Assembly: GCA_963666215.2 (NCBI GenBank)
Contig: CAXWPL010000002.1
Coordinates: 224,001 to 288,000 of the forward strand
Reading direction: 5' to 3'
Origin: Acidobacteriota bacterium
Lineage (GTDB): Bacteria > Acidobacteriota > UBA890 > WLXD01
DNA: 64,000 nt
The notes under the pieces were generated by a model that saw only the letters and a list, made by a program, of their open reading frames with translations, ran no database searches and was not told the origin of the DNA. A program made the translations under genes and the position numbers. Below, piece after piece: positions 31,458 to 40,501 of this stretch. How positions within the stretch are numbered: position 1 is the stretch's first letter; every line of letters starts with the position of its first letter.

Positions 31458-32549
31458 ATGGGCGAAGACCGCACACTGACAAGCGACGGTCCAATCGATG
31501 AAGGTGGCGAACGCGCCGATCTTGATGCCCCCGAGGCTTCAGGCGAAGCCGCAAACGAAGTGGACGACGACCACTCGGTGGACACCGCTCCGGTGGAGCT
31601 CGGTGATCTGGAGCCGTTGATCCGCCTGTTCGAGACGCTCGCCGTCGCCGAGCGCGTCGACAACGAGTGTCAGCGCTTGCAGACCTCCGGCGTGCTGTCT
31701 TTCTACGTTCCGGGCGGCGCCCAGAACGCGGTTTCTGCCGCCGTGGGGTGCACTCTCGAGGAGGGCGACTGGGCCTACCCTTCCTACCGTGACCTGGCCA
31801 TGTACTTGGCGCGTGGTGGCGCGCCTCGAGCTCTGTTCGACCAGTTGCTCGCCAACGGTCGCGACCCGGCGGCTGGCCGGCAACTGCCGGGTCGTTTTTC
31901 GCTTCCCGGCGGTCGGTATGTTTCCGTATCCGGCGCGCTGGGAACCCAGATTCCGCAGGCCGTTGGCACGGGTATCGCGATGCAGCTGCGAGGCGATCAC
32001 AGCGTGACACTGGTGTCGTTCGGCGCCGCAGCGGTGGCCCAGTCGGGGTTTCATCAGGGCATGGAGTTGGCGGCGCGTTTTCGCCCGCCGGTCATCATGA
32101 TCTGTTCCGTCGCCGCGCGGGCCGGGCTTCAAGGGAGCCTCGAAGGCCGCGCTGGCGGCTACGGAGTTGCTTCGCGCACCGTCGATGGCGGCGATCCGGT
32201 GGCGATGCTCGAAGCCTGCGGCGAGGCGCGCCAAACGGTACGCGACAGTGGCGCCATGTTGCTGATTGCCGAGCTGCCAGACCCCGCCTTGTCTGCGGCG
32301 AAGAACAACGGTGGGCTCGCCGCGCGTCGGGCCGTGGAGACGCAGCTTGAAGAGCTGGTCGCTGGCGGTCCACGGGCGCCTCTTCTGTCCGAGCGCCTCG
32401 CGGCCATTCTGTCGACCGCGACCGACACCGTGCGAGAAGCGTCGGCTTCGGCGGCCGAGTCGGCGCCGCCAGCCGCCAGCAGAGCTCTCGAAGACATCTA
32501 CGGCGAACCGTCATGGATGCAGCAGGAGCAATCCGAATGGCTAGCCTGA
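31458..32549 (+). CDS. 2-oxoacid dehydrogenase E1 alpha-like subunit, ThDP motif degenerate
   Basis: Recognisable E1a scaffold (PSYRD, GRQLP, TQIPQAVG, VDGGDP), but GDG is replaced by GAA, the NN loop is missing and the HS..DD loop is missing. Confidence 0.8.
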   Translation: MGEDRTLTSDGPIDEGGERADLDAPEASGEAANEVDDDHSVDTAPVELGDLEPLIRLFETLAVAERVDNECQRLQTSGVLSFYVPGGAQNAVSAAVGCTLEEGDWAYPSYRDLAMYLARGGAPRALFDQLLANGRDPAAGRQLPGRFSLPGGRYVSVSGALGTQIPQAVGTGIAMQLRGDHSVTLVSFGAAAVAQSGFHQGMELAARFRPPVIMICSVAARAGLQGSLEGRAGGYGVASRTVDGGDPVAMLEACGEARQTVRDSGAMLLIAELPDPALSAAKNNGGLAARRAVETQLEELVAGGPRAPLLSERLAAILSTATDTVREASASAAESAPPAASRALEDIYGEPSWMQQEQSEWLA

Positions 32550-33514
32550 ACCTGGTGGAGGCGGTCAACTACGCGCTCGGCGCAGAGATGGAGAGTAATC
32601 CGCTCGTGGTGCTGCTGGGCGAAGAAGTCAGCGAGTCCGGAGGCTTGCACGGCGCGGCCGAGGGGTTACTCGACCGCTTTGGCGGCGAACGCGTTCTCGA
32701 GGTTCCGTTCGCCGAAGGCGGCCTGCTTGGCGCCGCTGCCGGAATGGCGATGTACGGCCTACGGCCGGTGGCCGAGCTGCCGTTCGCCGAATGCCTCTTT
32801 CCCGGGCTCGAGCAGCTGTCTGTCGAGATCGCCCGCCTACGCTTCCGTTCGGGAGGCGAGTACACCTGCCCCCTCGTGGTCCGCGTGCCCTACGGCGCAG
32901 GCATCGGTGGCGGCCTCGATCAGTTCGAGAGCCCCGAAGCCTACCTTACCCACAGCCCGGGACTGGTTGTTGTGGCCCCGTCGAACGCATACGACGCTGT
33001 TGGCCTGCTGCGCAGCGCGCTACGCGGCGACGATCCGGTGGCCTTCCTCGAGCCCCGTCGGCTCTACAGGCACGAGTCGATGGAGATTCCCGAGACGGAT
33101 TACGAGGTCCCGATCGGCGAAGCCAAGGTGCTTCGTGAGTGTGACGAGGGCGTGTCGTTGATCACCTACGGAGGCATGGTGCCGGTGTCGCTCGATGCTG
33201 CCGAGCTTGCCGCCGAAGCGGGCCACGAAGTCGAGGTGGTCGAGCTGCGAACACTGCTTCCTTTCGATATCGGCACCGTGCTCGCCTCGGTCGTCAAGAC
33301 TGGACGAGCGCTCGTTGTGACCGAGTCGCGCAAGCACGGTGGCTTCGGTGCCGAGCTGGTCGCGACGCTTGCCGAGCGCGCTTTGCTGCACCTGGAGGCG
33401 CCGGTCGAACGCGTCGCCGGCCTCGATGCTCCCATTCCCTATGCACGAGAGGAGCTCTACGTGCCCGACTCGAGCCGTGTCCTAGCGGCGATCGAGCGGC
33501 TCGTTAGCTTCTGA
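32537..33514 (+). CDS. 2-oxoacid dehydrogenase E1 beta-like subunit, catalytic His absent
   Basis: LGEEV..GG, GLRPVAE, VRVPYG, PGLVVVAPS..YDA.GLL, ELRTLLPFD; YHSQ is replaced by DQFE. Confidence 0.85.
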   Translation: MASLNLVEAVNYALGAEMESNPLVVLLGEEVSESGGLHGAAEGLLDRFGGERVLEVPFAEGGLLGAAAGMAMYGLRPVAELPFAECLFPGLEQLSVEIARLRFRSGGEYTCPLVVRVPYGAGIGGGLDQFESPEAYLTHSPGLVVVAPSNAYDAVGLLRSALRGDDPVAFLEPRRLYRHESMEIPETDYEVPIGEAKVLRECDEGVSLITYGGMVPVSLDAAELAAEAGHEVEVVELRTLLPFDIGTVLASVVKTGRALVVTESRKHGGFGAELVATLAERALLHLEAPVERVAGLDAPIPYAREELYVPDSSRVLAAIERLVSF

Positions 33515-33525
33515 GAGCAGTGCCT

Positions 33526-35385
33526 ATGACCACCGAGTTCAAGCTGCCCGAGATCGGCGAGGGAATTGCCGAGGGCGAGATCGTCAAGTGGATGGTCGCG
33601 GAGGGCGACGTTGTTGCCGAGGACGATCCGCTGGTCGAGGTCATGACGGACAAGGCAACGGTTGAGATCCCGTCGCCACGGGCCGGCACGATCGTCAAGC
33701 TCGCGGCCCGGGAAGGTGAGGTTGTCGACGTTGGTACCGTGATCCTCGTGTTCGGCGATGAAGGTGACGAAGTCGGCAGCGAAGCTCAGGACGATTCGCA
33801 GCAGCTGGACGATTCGCCAGAGATGGATGCCGAGGGCTCCGGCGACGACGCTGCAATCGAGACAGCGGCTGAGGAGGTCGACAAGTCGCCGGCCAACGCC
33901 GACAGCTCGTCGAGCGGCTTCGATTGGGGACCCGGCGGCGACGCCAAGAAGAAGGTGAACGAAGAGGCGGCTACATCAATCCGCACGGACGCAACCGACA
34001 GCGTTGAGGACGCCCGCGCCGCCGCGCGAGCCGAGCTCGAAGCTGCAGAGGAGGTGCCGGTGGCTAGGCTGAACGGACACTCAGGAGCGGCTGTCAAGCC
34101 GTGGGAAATCGCCACCTTGTCGACGCCCGGCAATGGCGGATCCGGCCGACTCCTGGCGAGCCCGGCGACGCGTCGTCTGGCGCGAGAGGTTGGCGTGGAT
34201 CTCAGAGAGCTGATCGGCACGGAGCCGGACGGGCGCATTCGGAAAGAGGACGTCGAGGCGTTCGCCGCTACGCGCACCGCCATCATGCAGGGCGGGGCCA
34301 CGGTCTCCGCCACCCTGGCTGAGTCGGGTCCGGTGTCGTCGTCCGCCGCGGCCGATCCTGGCGCCGTAGTCGATGTGTCCGCCGCATCGGAGGCTTCAAC
34401 TCCAGCTTCTGCTCCGCCCGTCGTTCCTCCGCCGATCCCGACAGCCGCTTCGGCGCCCGCTCCAGCTGCCGACGCTGCCACATCAGACACCGAGCCGGAA
34501 GAGGAAGAAGAGCTCTCGTGGCGCCCGGTCGCCGAGCGGCCCGACCCGCCATCGGTCGCGCCCATCGCGAACACGGCCGAGGGAGTGAGAAACGACGAGG
34601 AACGCATCCCGTTCCGTGGACTGCGCCGGCGGATTGCCGAGCGCATGGTGCACTCCAAGACGGTCGTGCCGCACTTCACGTACGTTGAGGAACGCATCCC
34701 GTTCCGTGGACTGCGCCGGCGGATTGCCGAGCGCATGGTGCACTCCAAGACGGTCGTGCCGCACTTCACGTACGTTGAAGAGGCCGACATGTCGGAGGTG
34801 ATCGCGCTGCGACAGCAGGCCAAGCTGCTGGGCGCCGAAGAGGGCGTACGAGTGACGTACCTGCCGTTCATCATCCGCGCGCTCGTCACTGCCCTGCGTC
34901 AACATCCGATCGTCAACTCCACCCTCGACGAGGAGGCCGGCGAGATCGTGGTCAAACGCCACTTCAACGTCGGCATCGCGACCGCTACCGCTCGCGGCCT
35001 GATCGTGCCCGTCGTCAAGCACGCGGAGCGCTTGGGCGTGTTCGAGCTGGCGCGCGAGATCCAGCGCCTCGCCGAAAGTGCGCGAGATGGACGCAGCTCG
35101 ATCGAAGATCTTCAGGAGGGCACGATCACGATCACCAGTACCGGTAACATTGGCGGTGTGCTCGCGACGCCGATCGTCAACCACCCGGAAGTTGCGATCA
35201 TCGGAGTGACGGCGATTCGTAAGCGCGCAGTGGTGGTCGACGATGAGATCGTCGTGCGGCCGATGCTCAACCTTTCGATGTCGCTCGATCACCGCGTCGT
35301 CGACGGGGCTGACGGCGCGCTCTTCATGCGCGACCTGATTCGCTACCTCGAGGACCCGAGGCTCCAGCTGCTCGGTTCTTTGTGA
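33526..35385 (+). CDS. Dihydrolipoamide acyltransferase (E2)
   Basis: Single lipoyl domain (EVMTDKAT), peripheral subunit-binding domain (ASPATRRLARE...GRIRKEDV), catalytic DHRVVDG. Confidence 0.95.
   Translation: MTTEFKLPEIGEGIAEGEIVKWMVAEGDVVAEDDPLVEVMTDKATVEIPSPRAGTIVKLAAREGEVVDVGTVILVFGDEGDEVGSEAQDDSQQLDDSPEMDAEGSGDDAAIETAAEEVDKSPANADSSSSGFDWGPGGDAKKKVNEEAATSIRTDATDSVEDARAAARAELEAAEEVPVARLNGHSGAAVKPWEIATLSTPGNGGSGRLLASPATRRLAREVGVDLRELIGTEPDGRIRKEDVEAFAATRTAIMQGGATVSATLAESGPVSSSAAADPGAVVDVSAASEASTPASAPPVVPPPIPTAASAPAPAADAATSDTEPEEEEELSWRPVAERPDPPSVAPIANTAEGVRNDEERIPFRGLRRRIAERMVHSKTVVPHFTYVEERIPFRGLRRRIAERMVHSKTVVPHFTYVEEADMSEVIALRQQAKLLGAEEGVRVTYLPFIIRALVTALRQHPIVNSTLDEEAGEIVVKRHFNVGIATATARGLIVPVVKHAERLGVFELAREIQRLAESARDGRSSIEDLQEGTITITSTGNIGGVLATPIVNHPEVAIIGVTAIRKRAVVVDDEIVVRPMLNLSMSLDHRVVDGADGALFMRDLIRYLEDPRLQLLGSL
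34597..34778 (+). repeat. Exact 90-bp in-frame tandem duplication within E2
   Basis: 34597-34686 is identical to 34687-34776 (plus GA microhomology); EERIPFRGLRRRIAERMVHSKTVVPHFTYV appears twice. Confidence 0.97.
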
Positions 35386-35395
35386 CCTAGCTGCG

Positions 35396-36832
35396 ATGTC
35401 CGAAGACCTCCACGTCGACCTCGCCGTCATCGGCGCTGGGCCTGGCGGCTACGTCGCGGCCCTTCGCGCCGCGCAGCTCGGCCTCAAGACGGTGGTGATC
35501 GAGAAGGAGTTCGTTGGCGGTACCTGTCTGAACATCGGCTGTATCCCGTCGAAGGCACTCCTCGACGCCACCCATCTGCTGACGCAGATCCGCAACGCGT
35601 CGGCGTTCGGAATCCGGGTGGAGGGGATCGAGGTCGACTACCCGGCGATGCGCCAGCACAAGGCGAAAGTCGTCAAGATGTTGACCGGAGGTGTGCGCAG
35701 CCTGCTCCGCAAAGCCGGGGTTACCCTGATTGAGGGTGAGGGAAGCTTCGCTGGCCCGGGCGTGCTGCAGGTCGATCGCGCGGTCTCTGCTGCCACGAGC
35801 TCGGAGTCGAAGGGCGGGGCCGGCGGTCGCGTGGTCGTTCGGGCCGGCAGCATCATCATCGCCTCCGGGTCGGGCGAGGCTCAGCTGCCCGGGGTGCCGC
35901 TCGACGGAGAGCTCGTGATCTCCTCACGCGGCGCTCTCGATCTCGAAGAGGTGCCGCAGCGCATGGTGGTCGTGGGCGGTGGCTACATCGGCCTCGAGAT
36001 GAGCAGCGTGTATTCGCGCCTGGGCACCGACGTCGTCGTGCTCGAGATGCTCGATCGCCTGTTGCCTGAGATGGACCAAGAAGTCGCCGAGACCGCCGAG
36101 AAGCTCATGCGCGAGCAGGGCCTCGACATCCGCTTGAACGCGCGCGTCTCGGGCGTCACTGGCCGCGCGGGCGACGCGGAGGTCGCGTTCGAGACCACGG
36201 AAGAGCGGCAGACGGTTGCTACCGATATTGTCCTTGTGGCGATCGGGCGCCGCCCGCTGACCGCGGGGCTCGGCCTCGATGCAATTGATCTCGAGCCTGA
36301 CCCGCGTGGCTACATCACCGTCGACCACGGTATGCGGACCGGCGTGCCGGGGGTCTACGCGGTCGGCGATGTCGTACCGACGCCGATGCTCGCTCACGTG
36401 GCGATGGATGAGGGTGTTGTAGCGGCCGAGTGCGCAGCCGGTCGCGATGCGGCCATGGAGTATCGCGCGATCCCCGCGGTGGTGTTCACTTCGCCGGAGC
36501 TCGCCTCGGTCGGCCTCAAAGAGGAGGAGGCACTTGCGCGGGGCCGCAAGCTGCGGGTGGGTCGATTCCCGTTCCGTGGCAACGCTAGGGCGCGCGCCCG
36601 CAACGATGTCGAGGGTTGGGTGAAGATCATCGCCGACGCCGAAACCGACGAGCTGTTGGGCGCTCATTGTGTGGGCCCGGAAGCAGGTCATCTCATCCAC
36701 GAGGCCGTCGTAGCGATGGGTTACAGCGGCTATTCCGAAGACCTGGCGCTCACGGTGCACGCCCATCCGACGCTCTCCGAGGCCTTCAAGGAGGCGGCGC
36801 TTGCGGTTGACGGCCGGTCGCTGCATATCTAG
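35396..36832 (+). CDS. lpdA: Dihydrolipoyl dehydrogenase (E3)
   Basis: GAGPGGY, GGTCLNIGCIPSK, GGGYIGLE, HAHPTLSE. Confidence 0.97.
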   Translation: MSEDLHVDLAVIGAGPGGYVAALRAAQLGLKTVVIEKEFVGGTCLNIGCIPSKALLDATHLLTQIRNASAFGIRVEGIEVDYPAMRQHKAKVVKMLTGGVRSLLRKAGVTLIEGEGSFAGPGVLQVDRAVSAATSSESKGGAGGRVVVRAGSIIIASGSGEAQLPGVPLDGELVISSRGALDLEEVPQRMVVVGGGYIGLEMSSVYSRLGTDVVVLEMLDRLLPEMDQEVAETAEKLMREQGLDIRLNARVSGVTGRAGDAEVAFETTEERQTVATDIVLVAIGRRPLTAGLGLDAIDLEPDPRGYITVDHGMRTGVPGVYAVGDVVPTPMLAHVAMDEGVVAAECAAGRDAAMEYRAIPAVVFTSPELASVGLKEEEALARGRKLRVGRFPFRGNARARARNDVEGWVKIIADAETDELLGAHCVGPEAGHLIHEAVVAMGYSGYSEDLALTVHAHPTLSEAFKEAALAVDGRSLHI

Positions 36833-36947
36833 CACCGCCGTGGCGCGCTCCGACGTCTCGACCCACCCAGCAGGATCGGGCTGTGGTGTTGTGGTGATCG
36901 CCGAGCCAGACGACCGCGTGAGCGGCGTCGGGGGCAACGCCTAGCTG

Positions 36948-39587
36948 ATGTCTTCGAGTGAGGGCTCGCTCTTCGGCGAGTCGCTTCGTGGCACGGTGGC
37001 GCGTGTCGTTTACGAGAATGCCGATAATCGCTGGGCGGTGCTGCGACTCGACACCGAGGAGGGCTTACGCGTCTCGGCCGTAGGAACTCTGGCGCCCGTA
37101 TTCGAGGGGGATGCGCTCGAGCTTCGCGGTGAGTGGGAGTGGGACAAACGCTACGGCCGTCAGTTTCGTGCTAGCTCCTCGCGTGCCGCGGAGCCACTCG
37201 GCGAGGTAGGTGTTCGACGCTATCTGTCCTCGGGGCGTATTCCGGGCATCGGAGCCGAGCTGGCGCGCCGACTGGTCGACGCGTTTGGCGGAGACACGCT
37301 ACGGATTCTCGACGAGGAACCGGCCAGGTTGCTGACCGTGCGTGGCATCGGCCCAAAACGCCTGGCCGATATCGAAGAGGCTTGGCAGGAGCACGCCGCC
37401 GATCGGCGGGCGCGAATCGGGCTGCACGACCTCGGGCTGGGAAACGCCCTGACCGAGCGCGTTCTCGACGCCTGGGGCGGTGAGGCGCTGACAAAGGTCC
37501 GTGCGAATCCGTACGGGCTGATTGCCGATGTGCGCGGGGTGGGCTTTCGCATTGCCGATTCCCTGGCACTCGGGCTCGGTTGGCACACCACCTCGGCTCC
37601 GCGTCTGCGCGCCGGACTGCGGCACGTGTTGCAGGAAGCCACCAACGAGGGGCACTGCTACCTGCCTCTGAGCCAGCTGTCGGATCGTGCCTCGCGGTTG
37701 CTCGGGCTGACAGGTATCGAGGTGCCGCCGTTCGACACGGATGATCCTGCCGGGGGACCGGCTTCGGCGAGCGGGCTGCTCGGCCAGAGCATCGATCGTA
37801 TGGCGGGAACGGGGGAGATCGTGGTCGAGCGTGCTCGATCGCGCGGTTCCCGTGCTGGCTCTCGCGGTGCAGGCGGTGCCGAGCTCGACTTCGGCGCAGA
37901 TGAAGGCTCGGTGACCGATCTACGGGATTCTCGCGCACAGGGTGGCGAGTCGGTACAGAACGAGGCCGAGCTGTCTGAGGAGTTTTCCGCAGCGGCGGAA
38001 GAGCCGCCCGCCTGGTTTGATGACATTCCCGCCTCAGAAGAGGACCAGAGACGCGTCTTCCTGTCGCATTTGTACGGTGCCGAACAACGCATCGCGCGCC
38101 GGTTGGCGCTGCTCGCGAGCGCTGCAGCGCAAAGCAGCACGGCGGAAGCCTCGCTCGACGGGATCCTGCGCCACGTCGAGTCGAAGTTGCGGGCACGCGG
38201 GCAGATCGAGCTCGGCTCGCAGCAGCGCCGGGCGGTGGAGCGCACGTTGAACGAACGACTACTTGTGGTCACGGGTGGTCCGGGAACCGGGAAGACGACC
38301 ATCGTCAACACGATCGTGCAAGCGTTTCAGCTACTCGAGCAACGGCCGACGTTGGCGGCTCCCACCGGTCGCGCCGCAAAACGGCTTGAAGAGGCGACCG
38401 GTCAGCCAGCCAAGACCTTGCATCGTCTTCTCGAGTTCCAGTTCGACACGGGCTTTGGCCGCGGTCCGGAGCGGCCGCTCGAGGCAGACCTCGTGATTGT
38501 CGACGAGGCCTCGATGATCGACCTGACGCTGATGGACGCGCTTGTGGGTGCGCTACCTCTCGGCTGCGGACTCCTGTTGGTGGGTGACTCCGATCAACTG
38601 CCGTCGGTGGGCCCGGGAGCGGTGCTCCGCGACCTTATCGGGTCGGGAGCGGTGCCGACGGTTCGTCTTACCGAGATCTACCGGCAGGCGAAGCGCAGCT
38701 TGATCGTCCGCAACGCGCATCGGATCAACACCGGTCAGATGCCGGTGCGCGAAGTGACGGCGCTCGACGAGGAGTTGTCGGGCGCAGACGACCTCATCGA
38801 GGTCGGTCTTGACACGGGCGTGGGGCTCACGACGCCGGGAGGCCCTCCGACACCCGACTTCTATTACATCGAAGAGCGAGATTCGGACCGTTCTCGCGAG
38901 CTCGCGGTGAGGCTGGTGAGGGAGCGCATGCCGAAGCGCTTCGGCCTCGACCCTGTTCGCGATATCCAGGTCATGGCCCCGATGCATCGTGGTCGGTGCG
39001 GCGTTGAGCGGCTCAATGTCGAGCTCCAGGCAGCGCTCAATGTGCGGTCGGGTGCGCTGATCGAGAGTCCTACCCTCAGCGGGATCAGCGGGATCAGCGC
39101 GGTCGCCGGGAGCACCGGGACGAGCGGCGACAGCGTGGCCGCGCCACGCCGGGCCACGCTCTGCATTGGCGACCGCGTCATGCAGCTGCGCAATGACTAT
39201 GATCGCGAGGTCTTCAACGGCGACATCGGCTGGGTGGTTGCGGTCGACGACGAGCTCGGCGTCAGTGTCGACTTCGCTGGTCGTATCGTGGGCTACGATC
39301 GCAAGGAGCTCGGCGACCTCACGCTGGCCTACGCCATCACCATCCACAAGAGCCAGGGCAGCGAGTACGACGCAGTGGTCGCGTTGCTGCTTCCGGAGCA
39401 CCACATCATGCTGCAGCGGAATCTGCTCTACACCGCGCTCACGCGAGGCAGAAACCTGGTGGTGCTCATCAGTACCGATGGGGCGCTGCGTCGCGCGATC
39501 GGCAACAATGCACCGTCGGCGCGGTACTCGGCGCTTGCCGAGCGCCTGAGCGCGGCGTTCGGCGGCGTGTTCGAGGGCGCTTCGTAG
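36948..39587 (+). CDS. recD2: ATP-dependent RecD2-like DNA helicase
   Basis: N-terminal OB/HhH region, TGGPGTGKTT, APTGRAA, DEASM, GDSDQLPSVG, AYAITIHKSQGSE, LYTALTRG. Confidence 0.92.
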   Translation: MSSSEGSLFGESLRGTVARVVYENADNRWAVLRLDTEEGLRVSAVGTLAPVFEGDALELRGEWEWDKRYGRQFRASSSRAAEPLGEVGVRRYLSSGRIPGIGAELARRLVDAFGGDTLRILDEEPARLLTVRGIGPKRLADIEEAWQEHAADRRARIGLHDLGLGNALTERVLDAWGGEALTKVRANPYGLIADVRGVGFRIADSLALGLGWHTTSAPRLRAGLRHVLQEATNEGHCYLPLSQLSDRASRLLGLTGIEVPPFDTDDPAGGPASASGLLGQSIDRMAGTGEIVVERARSRGSRAGSRGAGGAELDFGADEGSVTDLRDSRAQGGESVQNEAELSEEFSAAAEEPPAWFDDIPASEEDQRRVFLSHLYGAEQRIARRLALLASAAAQSSTAEASLDGILRHVESKLRARGQIELGSQQRRAVERTLNERLLVVTGGPGTGKTTIVNTIVQAFQLLEQRPTLAAPTGRAAKRLEEATGQPAKTLHRLLEFQFDTGFGRGPERPLEADLVIVDEASMIDLTLMDALVGALPLGCGLLLVGDSDQLPSVGPGAVLRDLIGSGAVPTVRLTEIYRQAKRSLIVRNAHRINTGQMPVREVTALDEELSGADDLIEVGLDTGVGLTTPGGPPTPDFYYIEERDSDRSRELAVRLVRERMPKRFGLDPVRDIQVMAPMHRGRCGVERLNVELQAALNVRSGALIESPTLSGISGISAVAGSTGTSGDSVAAPRRATLCIGDRVMQLRNDYDREVFNGDIGWVVAVDDELGVSVDFAGRIVGYDRKELGDLTLAYAITIHKSQGSEYDAVVALLLPEHHIMLQRNLLYTALTRGRNLVVLISTDGALRRAIGNNAPSARYSALAERLSAAFGGVFEGAS

Positions 39588-39706
39588 CGACACAGCGACG
39601 CGGCGTTGTAGACGTAGCAACCTGGCAACCCGCGGCGCAGACGTGTGCTGGTTTCGCGAGAGTGACACCGCTCGCGTGCAGCAGCGGTGAGAGCAGGAGC
39701 GAGGTG

Positions 39707-40375
39707 ATGACCGAAGGTGCGGTTGAGGGCGGTGACGCGAGGCTGATCGTCGAGCAGTTCGTCGTGCAGCCGTTCGCTGAGAACTCCCTGCTGATTGGCT
39801 GCGTCCGAACCCGCCAAGGGGTGCTGATCGACCCTGGCGGTCGCGTCCCGGAGTTGCTCGCTGCGGCCGACAGGCATGCGCTGTCGATCGAGGCCATCTG
39901 GTTGACGCACGCCCACATCGACCACGTGATGGGTGTGGCCGAGGCAGCGAGGGCCACCTCGGCGCCGATCTTGTTGCATCCCGATGATCGGGCCTGGTAC
40001 GAAGGCGCCGAACAACAGGGGGCGATGTTCGGCATGGCGTTCGAGCTGCCGCCACCGGTCGATCGTTGGCTCTCAGATGGCGAAACGCTGGCGCTCGGAG
40101 AGCTCACTGCCGAGGTCATCCACGTCCCCGGACATAGTGAAGGGCACGTTGCGTTCTGGTTTCGTGATCTCGCCACGGTGTTCTCAGGCGATTGCCTGTT
40201 CGCCGGGTCGATCGGCCGGACCGACCTGCCGGGCGGCTCCTACGAGACGTTGATGAGCTCGATACGCGGCCGGCTCCTACCGCTCGGCGATGGAGCTCGC
40301 GTGGTGCCTGGGCATGGTCCCTCGACAACGATCGGCGAAGAGGTGCGAACCAACCCGTTCTTGATCAAGCGCTAG
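39707..40375 (+). CDS. MBL-fold metallo-hydrolase (glyoxalase II/YcbL-like)
   Basis: THAHIDH, PGHS, GDCLFAGSIGRTDLPGG, PGHGP, NPF. Confidence 0.92.
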   Translation: MTEGAVEGGDARLIVEQFVVQPFAENSLLIGCVRTRQGVLIDPGGRVPELLAAADRHALSIEAIWLTHAHIDHVMGVAEAARATSAPILLHPDDRAWYEGAEQQGAMFGMAFELPPPVDRWLSDGETLALGELTAEVIHVPGHSEGHVAFWFRDLATVFSGDCLFAGSIGRTDLPGGSYETLMSSIRGRLLPLGDGARVVPGHGPSTTIGEEVRTNPFLIKR

Positions 40376-40501
40376 CCGCACCAACCCGTTGGGCCCCGCT
40401 GCGCTGGAGGGTCACCGCGGCAACAACACCGCCGATCGGAACATGCCCACGCCGAGGGTAGCTCGCGACGGCGAAAAGCGAAGCGCGAGCGGATCAGAGG
40501 A

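Noticed and set aside
39077-39099. 9-bp tandem repeat (SGISGIS) in recD2
   Set aside because: A short in-frame repeat in a low-complexity loop; no sign of phase variation.
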